Shown piece by piece: positions 26,344 through 37,681 of a stretch of DNA of 64,000 nt; the stretch's first letter is position 1; each line of letters opens with the position of its first letter. This DNA comes from Camelus ferus (lineage: Eukaryota), in assembly GCF_009834535.1 (NCBI RefSeq), contig NC_045696.1, positions 16,494,001 through 16,558,000 on the forward strand, in the 5' to 3' direction. Made by a program: the position numbers and the translations under genes. The notes under the pieces were generated by a model. That model was given only the letters and a program-made list of their open reading frames with translations, was not told where the DNA came from and ran no database searches.

Positions 26344-29300
26344 GTGTTAATTTGAGGATAGATATGCTTTTGGGGTAGTTTTGCTCGAGGCCCTGAGTAT
26401 TGTATGCCCAAAGACAGGACTGATGGACAGAGTGTATATGTTCCATGATCAAATTAAAAATGCTGCATCTCCTTAAGAGTCTGAAGTAACATAATACATA
26501 CTAGAAACAGGTAGTCAAAAGGTGAGATAGAGAGGCTTTTAAAATTTTAATATTTTTCCCTTGAGAAATAATGTTTCACTGTTTTCTTATTCTATCCGAT
26601 TTCAGTTGACATGTGACAGTTTTGACACCAGTGAGATCAGTGAAAGACAAACATACATTCTCTAGTCAATGGCACTGGTACTTACTTACTCTGACCCTCT
26701 TTGGACACAGAGGATATGAATTCACTGAGTCCAACTCTGTCTTAGGAGATATCTAAAAAGTGAAGTGGCAGTCATGCTGGAATCATAGAATTTCATCAGT
26801 TTAAGAGACTTTAGAAATGACTCAGTCCCAGCCACCCATTTTAGAGATGAGAAGAATGAGGCGCAGGAATCGGCACAGAGCTGGGACTTAGAAACCTGCC
26901 GTGGTTCCCAGGCTGGTGCTCTTTCCACAATACCAGGCTTCTGCACTGTGGACTGAATGCCTAACATCAAAGCAATAAAGATATTAAAATCAATAGCTTC
27001 AGCTAAGCAAGAGCCACTGACTTCACAAAATTGTAGCGATGCCAGCTAGTTAAAGACAGAGGTGCTCAATCCAGGTGCAAAGTAGAGTCCACCCACCAGT
27101 CTCCACCGTTCTACTAGGTTTAGAATAGAGATTATGAAACTATACCCTCAGGTGGATCATGGTGGAGATTCAAGGAAGCCTGGAGCCTGCTGACAATGGA
27201 CGCAAAATTGTGTGTGAGCATGCCATGTGCTTTAAAAAAAATTTCTGGGAAGAGGATCCATAACCTCTATTAGATTTGAGACAGGAAAAAAGTTAAGATC
27301 TATTCCTTTAATATGAAAAACCTCTTTTAAATTTAATGGTAAATCTTAGTCATGACATAAAATAGATGATGAAAAAACTTTTCAAAAGTTAAAACCCAGG
27401 GCTTTTGGGGGTGGATTTTTTGATTCACAGAAGCCTGACTTGATGAGATAAGCAGAAAGATGGTTATTAATTTTCCATGTTTGGGACTGGAAAGTAAAGA
27501 ATGACAAACTTCTCAGCACATTCTAACCAGGTTAAGTATTTACGTTACTGAAATGATCTCAAATTGCACAGCAATGTGCTGTTCGTCTTTTCTAACTTTA
27601 AGATTCATGAGGGTAGGGCTGTGCCTGTCTCGCCCACTTCTGTCCCCTCTCCAGCATCTAACGTGGTGTCAGGCACAGGTAGCTGGCCGATGACCCTCCC
27701 ATAGAGAGCAGGGCAATCAAGGAATTTTTTTTTTAAAAACCAAGAAGGTATACCTTTTTATATATGGTTCGTTACATAAAACCAAGAGTAGACATTTGTA
27801 CCAATGCCACTGTTCTGCCTAGAAACAGTGCAGGTCTCAGCCAGTGCTTGTGTTTCTCTTTCTTAATATGTATGGTGAGGATGCTTGGTCCTGTGGCCAG
27901 GGGGAGCTGACCCACCGTGTGAGGGAACTCGGTTATTATGGACCATTACCGAGTAGTCTGTGCCACAGAAGTAATTACTAAATGTGCTGTGGTCCCCTGA
28001 AAGAAGTCAGGGAGGCAGCAAGTGTAATGGACAGAAGCCTAAACAGAGAGTCAAAAGGCTCCCAAATGCAACGCTGCCCCAGTATCCCCCATCCCACATC
28101 AAGACCTAAAAGCAGGCTTTACCCTAACGACCTGCTGACCTTACCAGAGAAAACATAAATTCGCTGAGTCCTCATGGGCAAAATGGGGACACCACCACCT
28201 ACCCTGCCAACTTCCTATGATTGTGACTATCAAACTGGACAATACTTGGGAAATTGCCCTGACAAATTTATAGCTCATATTACTGTTCACATAGATAAGC
28301 AATTATATACTTTATACATATCTATTTTTAAAAACTCAGTCCTATGATTATCAAAAGTTCAGCTGCCCTAGTCATTTAGATGATACACAATGTTAAAGCC
28401 ATACAACAGAGGCCCTACTTCTGAGAGATGAATGGAGATACAGAGTAATTTCAGCATTATGTGATTTTCTGCATAATGTCCTGTGGAAAGTATATCTCCA
28501 TTTGACCTCATCTATTTGACACAAACTATAATTTATGAGCGTCTTTAGACACTGCTGGCTTCTTCAAATCACGTGGGATCCTGGAGCCACTGTGTGATGT
28601 TGGAAAAGTAACTTCACCTCTCTGGTCCTCAGTGCTCTCAGTTTTAAGGATTGGATTCTGACTTATACCTTTGTCAGCTGTCAACGTCTGTAATTCCTGG
28701 TTAAATTTTATTCACAATCATCCCAATATGCCTACTTTAGCTGACAGGAAATTCAAAAGACCTGGTCCACCCTGGAGAGGTGTAAAATATGGAGGGCTCA
28801 CATACACGGGGGGAGTTTTGTGGGAATGAGAAAAGCTAACCATGTGCTACGCCAAAGTGCACTCTGGCACAATGGGAGCAAATAAAAACAGAATCTCACG
28901 GAACGTCTGCTCAGTCCTCACGTCTATTAACCAAAGACATTGATATCTAAGACGTTGATTCTAACTTCTATAAAATGAAGGTGTATTAATAGTTATTTTT
29001 CAAAAGAAAATCGAAAAGGCTCATATCTTGAAGGCAGTGCCTTTTGATCCAATCCACGCTGGCCCTCAAGAGTGTTCTGCACACTTGTCGGGCCATTCCT
29101 AAAATTAGCTAAGCTCACTCAGGGCCACGTCCCAGGTACCCCTCCTACCAACTAAAGGAACTTTGCGGAGAAGCCGAGGGCCCGGTCTTTAGCACCCCTC
29201 CTTCCCCACCAAGAATCCACCCCGAGCGACCCGTTGACCGGCGGGGGGGAGGGGGGGAGGTCCCGCGGACGGCGCCCCTCCGACGGGCGCTGGGCGGCCA

Positions 29301-29422
29301 CGTGCGAGCCGCCCCCGCCCCCGGCGCCCGGCGTCCGGCGTGGGGACCCGGGAACCGCCGCCCGCCCGCCCGCCCTCCCGCCGCGTCCCGGTGCGTCCAA
29401 GCGGAGGGCAGAGTGGCCGTAC

Positions 29423-29550
29423 CTTCCTTCCTTCCTTCCCCGCGTCGCGTGATCGCCGCTGGGCTCGGCGCGCCGCCCGCGTCCCGGGGCTGGAGGCGGC
29501 CCGACGGGACCGCCGCGCTGCGCCGCGGCTCGGCCGCGCACAGGAAGCCC
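29423..29550 (-). ncRNA. MIR155HG: MIR155HG exon 1 (non-coding; TSS approximate)
   Basis: GC-rich sequence starting about 25 nt below the TATA box and ending in an AAG|GTACGG donor. It contains no ATG. Confidence 0.8.
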
Positions 29551-29594
29551 GCGCCTGCGAACGTGCGACCCTTTTATAACCCACTTGTGACTCA
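29541..29594 (-). promoter_or_regulatory. MIR155HG core promoter: AP-1 (29588-29594), TATA box (29572-29578), ETS (29541-29547)
   Basis: Minus strand reads TGAGTCAcaagtgggtTATAAAAgggtcgcacgttcgcaggcgcgggCTTCCTG. The AP-1 site upstream of the TATA box is the established inducible element of the BIC promoter. Confidence 0.9.
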
Positions 29595-29731
29595 TAACCG
29601 ACCAGGCGCCTTTTCTGTAACACCCCCCCCCAACCCCGCCTCACCCCCCTCCGGCCTGTTCTTGGAACCTACGGCTTGAAAAACTTTTTTTCTTTTTAAA
29701 GGAAAAGTCGAAAAAGCCCAGCGCAGGATTG

Positions 29732-29742
29732 GTGTTTTCCCC
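29732..29742 (-). promoter_or_regulatory. Candidate NF-kB site about 190 bp upstream of the TSS
   Basis: GGGGAAAACAC on the minus strand, at a position similar to a recalled proximal kB site of human MIR155HG. Confidence 0.45.
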
Positions 29743-29762
29743 TTTCCCTTTCTCGTGGGTCA

Positions 29763-29784
29763 GTGTGTGTGTGTGTATGTGTGT

Positions 29785-29829
<45 letters not shown>
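29763..29829. repeat. (GT)n microsatellite with two AT interruptions
   Basis: Seen directly; about 33 dinucleotide units. Confidence 0.98.
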
Positions 29830-29832
<3 letters not shown>

Positions 29833-31429
29833 TCTCGATACACGTCGTGTACTTTTCCGGCCCCCGCGCTGCGAGGCTTGGACTCCATCCTTTGTTCTAA
29901 ATGAAAAGGAAACGCATTCAAATGAGCGTTCAGTCCGCTGGCTGGAGGGGAAGTTGCTACTTTTTATAAATGGGTGGCGGGGGTGTCTATACACTGTCCC
30001 GGCAGATGAGAAAGAAGGGGGAGCCGAAGAGAAGCAAAGGGGAGACCTTTTCCCAAAGGGTATCAGCTGGAGGCAAGTGGGTCCCTAAGAGGAGAAGAAA
30101 AGGTCACGTGACTCTGCCATGTGACCCCCCCTCCCCCCAGGACCTTCGGGAGTCAGCGCTTGGTTTGGGCTGTACACCTGGGGTTTGAGTACGCTAGTGC
30201 TTTGCCTGTTACCCATATTTCCCCTTGGGGATGCTAGGATGCAGGGCCCCAGTCTTCTCTATTTTGGCCTCAGGGACATATTTTCCCACTCTAAGGACAT
30301 CTTCCTGGAGCACAGAAGACATCAGTTTTAATTTTGGTTTCATCGTCCCTCTCAACTCTCCCTTATCCTATCAAGAGGGGTTTATTTTCCTGGAGCAGGT
30401 CATTTGGCACATTGGATGGAAATGAATAGAGTAAATCTAAACCATGGGACGTGTATACTGCAAGCCCAGCTGAGCAATTCATTTTTGAGCCTCCCTTCAA
30501 CAAACTTTTAGACTTTAAGGATTAAGAAGAAAGAAAGATGAGGGGGAAGGAGGAGGCGGAAAGGAGGAGGGGAAAGTCAGGAATGGACTTAGCCTCATCA
30601 CCACGTGACTCATGCCTTTTTTGTGGATGAGACAGGGCTACTGCTGGATTCCAGCACAAGTCTCCTGTGCTTGGATCTCCATCCCAAGTGGGAGCAGGAG
30701 ACATTTTAGAATAGTTTATATTAAGCTGATGTTGGAACATTAGTTTCTAGAATGCCTGGATGCATAGCAGAGCTGGAAATCACGTAATCCTTAATTTACA
30801 GATGGCCTCGGTTGGTTAAGGAATTTGGCGGCATTTTAAACCCCTCTGTTCTTAATGCTTATATTTTCCCTCTTCCTTGTAATTCAAAAAAATGGTGACC
30901 ATAATAACAAGTAACACTATAAAGCATTTGCTATGTGCCAGACCCTCTTCTGAAACTCCTTTCATATATTCATTCCTTCAGTCCTCACAGGAGGGAGAGA
31001 CACTGAGGCACAGAGAGATTAAGCACTTTTTTCGTAGGTCATCGTAAGAAGTCAAGGAAAGACTCCAACCCAGCTCCGCCTTGGGTATATGTCTCCACAG
31101 TCCTGTCCCCATGTTTGCTAGATCCGCCTTGGGTCCCGGGGCTGGAGAAGAGCGGTTAAGTGTTCGGCGGGGAAAGGCATCTTGAGTCCCACCAGGCTGG
31201 TCATACTCTGTTGCTTGTAGACACCTGCAAAGCCTGTCCAAAGATCCCTTTTCTCATGTTAGGTCTTAGTTTGGCTTACGCAGTGATGGTGGACGGAGAA
31301 ATGGTTTTGGGGGGGTCTAACAGACTGGCATTTTATACTGGTTCTAGCTATGGTACCTGAGGGTTAACCTCTCTGTGCCTCAGTTTTCTCATCTATAAAA
31401 TGAGGATAATAATGTCTTCCATTAGGGAT

Positions 31430-31804
31430 TGCTATGGAGTGAATTTTGCACCCTCCCCCATGTTGAAGCCCTATGTCCCAACGTACTAGGAAATAGGGCC
31501 TGTGAGGAGGTGATAAAGGTTAAATGAGGTCTTGAGTGGGATCCTAATCTGATGGGAGGGGTGCTTATGAGAAGAGGAAAAGACCCCAGAGCTCCCTTTC
31601 TCCACTCACGCAAAGAAAAGCTCATGTGAGCGCACAGTAGGATGGTGGCCACCTACAAGCCAGGGAGAGTTCTCACTGGAAACTGAATCCTGTTTGAACT
31701 TGATCTTAGATTTTCCAGCCTTGGGAACTTAAGAAAACATACTACTGTTATTTAAGCCACCTGTCTATGGCATTTTGTTATGGCACCCTCAGCAGATCAA
31801 GATA
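31430..31804 (+). mobile_element. MLT1A-like MaLR solo LTR, splitting a MIR
   Basis: TG start and MLT1A motifs (gaggtgataaaggttaaatgaggtc, tttaagccacc). TSD GGGAT/GGGCT, with MIR sequence on both sides. Confidence 0.8.
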
Positions 31805-31896
31805 GGGCTATAATGATTAAATAAGATGATGAAAACACAGTGAGGGCTTGAGAAAGTAGGGGCCACCTGCTGGCACAAATGTTGTCTTGAGGATGT

Positions 31897-32303
31897 TGTT
31901 AATGGGTTGAGTTGTGTCTCCTCCGAATTTATATGTTGAAATCTTATCCCCAGTACCTTAGAACATGACCTTATTTGGAAATAAGGTCATTGCAATTGCA
32001 GATATAGTTGGTTAAGGTGAAATCATAAGGTGGGCTCCTAGCCCCCTAGGACAGGTGTCCTTGTAAAAAAATTGCCACATGTAGAGAAACAGACACGCAT
32101 AGAGGGAAGATGGTGTGAAGCGACAGAGAGAAGATGGCCATCTACACACCCAGGGAGAGGACTGGACCAGATCCTTCCCTCACAACCTTTAGAAGGAATC
32201 GACCCTGTCAGTACCTCCAGCTCTGTGTGAGACAAGAGAGTTCAGTTGTCGAGAACACCTAGTTTGTGTTGCTTTGTTATAGCATCCCTTGCACATTAAT
32301 CCA
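31897..32303 (+). mobile_element. MLT1B-like MaLR solo LTR
   Basis: TG...CA ends, gaccttatttggaaataaggtc motif, perfect 5-bp TSD GATGT. Confidence 0.85.
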
Positions 32304-34029
32304 GATGTGTGTCCAAGGCTGCCCTGCTTGGCATCCTTGTCCCTTCTCCTGACGCTGCATGTCCACCAGAGGCTGAGCAGCTCAGACCAGCGACCTCCCA
32401 GATCAGGGAGGTACTTGTTGGTATTACTCATTACAGACAATGATGAATAGATTGTGGCAACTGGCACAACTACATACCAATGAAGGAATTTTGCTAAACA
32501 CACCGTAAGTGCTTGAAAGTTTGCAGCAACCACAATAATCACAGGAAATGACTAGGAACCAGCCTATAGCCCCTCTCCTTAAAAATTAATCATGGACAAA
32601 ATTAAAAATAATTCCTGGAGGCTTAGTACTAAACTCATCTTGAAGCTCAGTCTTTTGGAAGAATGTGTGAGAGAGCCATTTCTCAGCGTGGATCAGACTT
32701 GTTAGATGGTGGGTGAAGAAACAGACCAACATTTCAACTTTGCCCAGCTTAATTAATGTAGCATGAGGTTTCAGTTGAACAATAAAATGGAGATAATTCA
32801 TTACTCCATGAACTTGTGGATGGATTCAGTCCCTGGGGATGAAATGGGTTGAACTGGTTTCCTCTAGACCTCATCAATGGCACAACCGTAATTAATGCCC
32901 GAGGCCAAAAATCTTGCCTCCACAAGATGCTCAGACTTAATAAATGGTGTTTGTTTTTGTTTTTCATACACAAAGCATCAGAAGTTGCATTTTTTCCTAT
33001 CATAATTTAACTTTTATTCTTTTCACTGTTTATAACGTCTTGGAAGTTCAAATATGAAATCTATGTTTTCCCACCTGCATTTCCTCTGTAAGTGGGTTTC
33101 TAGTTTAGTGTGTCATGTGATGCTCTTAAATGTTGAGATGCCTGCCTTCAGAGGATAAAGGAGTGCCCCTCCTCCGCCCCTTTTTTAATCTCTTTCCATC
33201 CAAGAGATGAAGTTTACAAATTAGAGAGATTAACCTTTCAACTTCATCTTTCCCATTCACCCCTTCCCACAGCGCAGTGGAATGAAGTCAGACCTCTAAA
33301 TAAGAGAGTAAAGTTGAAAAAAAAAGTTGTTTAAAAACAAAAAAGAGAGTACTGTTTATTGCAGTGAGTTACAGGCTCTGATTAGCTATGTCCTGGTTGT
33401 CTGATCATTTGTTCGCACCAGTTGTGTCATGAGAATCCTTTTGTCTGTATATACGCTGCCTTCCTTCTGTAGATAACTTATTTTATAACCTTAATGTTGA
33501 AACTTTATGGTAACGAAGACTTTTTGCTCTTGGTCCATTTCTTCTTTTTTATGTTTTGGGAAGCCAGCTTGTGGTCTGTTGGAAAATTTCACTCAGTGGA
33601 GGAAGAGTTAGAGCCTTGGGATTGAACTGAGATCCTGAAAATATTTTGGTTGGTGAACAGTGTTGGCAGGGGACCTTTCAGCTTCCTTGTCTGCCATCAT
33701 CAGATGTAGAGAAAATTCCTCCGCCCACCCCCCATGGCAGTCACTTCACTCTGTATCTGACCTCAGCCGTGTTCTTATCTCTACTGGCCTGGCCCAGTGT
33801 TCGCAGCTTCAGTTGGTGAGTTGATGAGTCATTCGCAGTAAATCACTCTCTACTGTCTTTTTTCCCTCCCCCCCTTCTCCCACCCTCTTCTTCCCTGAAA
33901 TGACCAGGGAGACGTCTCTGAACACCAGTACAGTCTGTTCTTGTGTTCTGGTTCTACCTGAAGACCGGTGTGTACAAACCAGGCACCTGGAACCATCCTG
34001 CGCACTCGGTGCTGCTCTGCGTGCTCGCT

Positions 34030-34430
34030 GGCTCGGCTTGGGCCGCCACAGCAAAACGACGCAGACTGGGCGATGGGGGTGCTAAACAACAGACACGGAG
34101 TTCTCACAGTTCTGGACGCTGGGAAGTTCAAGATCAAGCTTCCAGCCAGTTTGGTTCCTGGTGAGGACTCTCTTCCTGGTTTCCAGATGGCTGACTTCTT
34201 GCCATGGCCTCTCGTGGCCTTTCCTCAAAGCACACACAGGGAGAGATCTCTCTCGCTTTCTCTTTCTCTTCTTATAAACCCATTAATCCTACTGAATTAG
34301 GGTTTCACCCTTGTGACCTCATTTAACCTTGATTACCTCCTCGAAGCCATATCTCCAAGTACAGTGATTTTGGGAGCTAGGGTTTCAACATACGAATTTG
34401 GAGGCGGGGATACAATTCAGTCCATAGCAC
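34030..34430 (-). mobile_element. MLT1A-like LTR
   Basis: ttctcacagttctggacgctgggaagttcaagatcaag ... acaattcagtccatagca. Confidence 0.8.
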
Positions 34431-34522
34431 TCATTGACTATGATCATGGTGTTTGGTTTTCTCCTTATATTCTTTTAAATAAATACAATAATCTCAGTTT
34501 TTGCTTTCCAGAGATTTATTTT

Positions 34523-34721
34523 TATTTTTAGTTTTTTACATTTTTTTATTGAGTTATAGTCATTTTACAATGGTGTGTCAAATTCCAGGGTAGAGCACAA
34601 TTTTTCAGTTATATGTGAACATACATATATTCATTGTCACATTCTCTTTCACCGTGAGCCACCACAAGATCCTGCATATGTTTCCCTGTGCTACACAATA
34701 CAATCTTGTTTATCTATTCTA
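34523..34721 (-). mobile_element. Short young L1 3'-end insertion
   Basis: T-rich tail, ttattgagttatagtc motif, imperfect TSD ccaga(g)atttattttt. Confidence 0.7.
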
Positions 34722-34899
34722 CCAGAATTTATTTTTAAATTATTTAAATATTCCCTGTGGCTCTTTTGTACCCTCTTCTGGGCCTGTTTCAAGGACAGTA
34801 CTCTAATGTTCATTCTACTGAGTACAATTTGAGCATGACCCCAGCGCTGGGCTTCTGAAATGTGAAAAAAGTGGATCCAAGGGAGTAGCATGAATAGTG

Positions 34900-35372
34900 A
34901 CAGTAACAGATGAGTGGACAAAGAAGATGTGGCATATATCCACAATGAAATATTACTCAGCCATAAAAAAGAATGAAATTTTGCCATTTGCAACAACGTG
35001 GATGGACCTGGAGGGTATTATGCTCAATGAAATAAGTCAGAAAAAGAAAGATAAGTACTGTATGTTTTTAATTATATGTGGAATCTTAAAAAAAAAAAGC
35101 AAACAAATACAACAAAACAGAAAGAGACTCACAGATACAGTGATTACTAGAGGAGAGAAGGGTGGGGGGAGGGGCAAAATAGGTGAAGAGGATTAAGAGG
35201 TACAGACTATCAGGTATAAAATATGTAAGTTATTAGAATGTAACACACACACAGGGACTATTGTCAATATTTTATAACTTTTTATGAAGTGTAACCTATA
35301 AAAATATTGAATTATTATGTTGTATACCTGAAACTAATTTCATATTGTAAGTCAACTATATTTCAGTTAAAA
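34900..35372 (+). mobile_element. L1 ORF2 C-terminus and 3'UTR
   Basis: ORF 34897-35196 reads KKMWHI..MKYYSAIKKNEILPFATTWMDLEGIMLNEISQ, the hallmark L1 ORF2 end. Confidence 0.92.
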
Positions 35373-37366
35373 GAACTAGGATAGTAAATTGTGGAAATCA
35401 GAGCTAGTCTTGAGGAGCAAGATTATCATTGCAGGAGACAAACGAGTTATAAAAATAGTATAGAAATGCCCAAAAGGTGACTTCGCTTTAATATACTTAA
35501 CAGGAAACACAGGGCTCAGTATGTTCCAGCCTCAATTATCTTAAATAGCAACAACATCCTTCCATATGGTTTAATGGATAAATGTAACAGAAAACCTTAG
35601 TTCCCAACATATTATATTCGCCCAAGCCTCAAAGAACTGTGTAGCTAAAATTCCTTCTTTTGTAGAAGTGACCAGTATCTTAGATATTAGCAAACAGAGC
35701 TGCAGTCGTGCAGATTTCTGTCTAACTTCGTGGGCACGGCTCTTTGTTGGAGTCCATGTATTGATTTTTCAACAAAATCTTCCCTGATTTCTCCGGGTTT
35801 CAGAGTCTAAACTTTTTGTCCCAAGTTGTATGACATTGATGGCCAGATTTCTCCATTATTAGCCTTGGTATTTCATACAATTTCATTTGATTTCATAATT
35901 TTGTGGCATTACTAGTGTTTCTGTCTTACCAGTGAAAATATAACATCTTTGAGAATTGAATTCATGTTTTAGTTACTAAATTACTATCCCTCATAGTACT
36001 TAGCATAGTACTTAGCGTTAAGCACAGAGTAGTTAAGTCCTGAATTAAATTAACTTTGCTAGGAGACAGGAGGCCAACAGAAGGCTGGCAAATGTATACA
36101 TTTGAAGGTAACCTAAAGAGGGGTACAGCTTTGAGGCAACCAGTTGAGAGTCTACAGATGTTAATAAAGCCTTTAGAATATACAAAAGTATTTAATGTAT
36201 TTTTGTATATGTGTATTGATAAAATCGTATTGATTCATGAATGTCCTTACTTGAAGAATAACAGAAATTAATTTTCACATTCAAAAGTTTAGCGGTTTTG
36301 ATTTATGTGGTCAAATTTATTCCTCCCTAACTTGACCATCTCAGTCGCTGCTGCCACCACCCACTTTGTTCCTCAAGCATTCCTGATTTCTTGCTTTCTC
36401 TTACCCTCCATATTCAATTCATTAAAAATTCTATGGACTCTAACTTCCAAACCATTCTGTAGACTCTTCTTCCTAACTCAGATGTCACCTCCTTACTCAA
36501 AACTCTGCGATAGCCTGCCATTGCACTCAGAAGAAATTCCAACTTTCAACTTGGTCTGCAAAGTCCTACAGCATCTGGGTCTCACTTATCCTTGACCTCA
36601 TCTCCTGTGCATTTCCCATTCTGACTCTATTTCAGCCACATCGCCTTATTTTTATTCCCGGAATTCACTGAGCCTGACTCTATCTTAAGGATTTACACAA
36701 TCATTGGGCCCCTTCTGACTTTATGTTCTCTGAACAGTAGGAGGAAGTTTTCTGTAAAGATAAGCAAACAAAACTGTGGGATGGACACTTTTGCTCACCT
36801 TGATCCTTTAGGGGAATGAAATCCACCATTTCCAGTAAAATGGAGCTGCCCCTGGTGATTAAGCTGAGCAAGAAACCCACATGACTTCTTGCAAAAGATA
36901 ATGTAAACAATTTAGTGTATTTTTACAAATAATTTGATTTCTTTGTGAGGAACGGTGACCAAAAGGCGATTGAGGATGAGTAATGGGAGAAAGCTGGGGA
37001 ACACAGCTTGATAGAAATCAGGATCTCATTGTACCACAAATACCTTCTACCGAAAAGCACAGTGAGCAAATACTCACGGTGCCAGACAGTCAGTTCCTCA
37101 AACCAGGTCATTGCTGTTTGCAGCACTGATCCTCCACCCTAAGAAGCAGCACATTTTACACCATAGGACTATATCCAAAGCCCCACAGGATACCTCGATG
37201 CTCAGAGATGTAAACTGTCTTCCCCTTCTGATAAACTAGTTTTCAGGAAGTGACCATTTCCTTGAAATTCGGTGTCCAAAGCATTCAGTGTCTTAAGTAT
37301 CATCCCTTAGATATTGGCAAGATAATAGATCCAATGTCAGCATTCTCTTAATGCAGATTTAAACAG

Positions 37367-37681
37367 TGTATTAGTTAGGGTTCTTTAGAGAAAAGGAACC
37401 AATAGGATATCTGTATGTATGTATGCATGTGTATATGTGTGTGTGTATAAGTATGAGAAATATATTTATTTTAAGGAACTGGGTCATGTGACTGCAGAGG
37501 CTGGCAAATCCAAAATCTGCAGGGAAGGCCAGCAGGCTGGAGGCTCAGGGCAGAGTTAGTGTTGCAGTTCAAGTCTGAAGGCAGCCTGCTGGCAGAATTC
37601 CCATTTCATCTACAATAATCTTGGAGCAAATATCTGGGTACTGTGGCCTAGCCAAGTTGACCCCAAAATTAATCATCACAG
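37367..37681. mobile_element. MLT2 (ERVL) LTR with internal deletion
   Basis: tgtattagttagggttctttagaga ... gccaagttgaccccaaaattaatcatcaca. Confidence 0.75.

Larger units (their letters stand above)
16990..29550 (-). ncRNA. MIR155HG: MIR155 host gene (BIC), three exons; both ends approximate
   Basis: Promoter/exon 1, exon 2 and exon 3 each resemble recalled human BIC. It contains miR-155 and is convergent with MRPL39, as in human. Confidence 0.9.
29165..29670. promoter_or_regulatory. CpG island at the MIR155HG promoter, exon 1 and start of intron 1
   Basis: Very GC- and CpG-dense stretch within otherwise CpG-depleted DNA. Confidence 0.92.

Noticed and set aside
29152..29679. Several 72-151 aa Arg/Gly/Pro-rich ORFs on both strands
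   Set aside because: Stop-poor artefacts of the CpG island. They cross the promoter and the exon-1 donor and resemble no protein I know.
29641..30088. ORFs with HT/VC repeats
   Set aside because: Translations of the (GT)n microsatellite.
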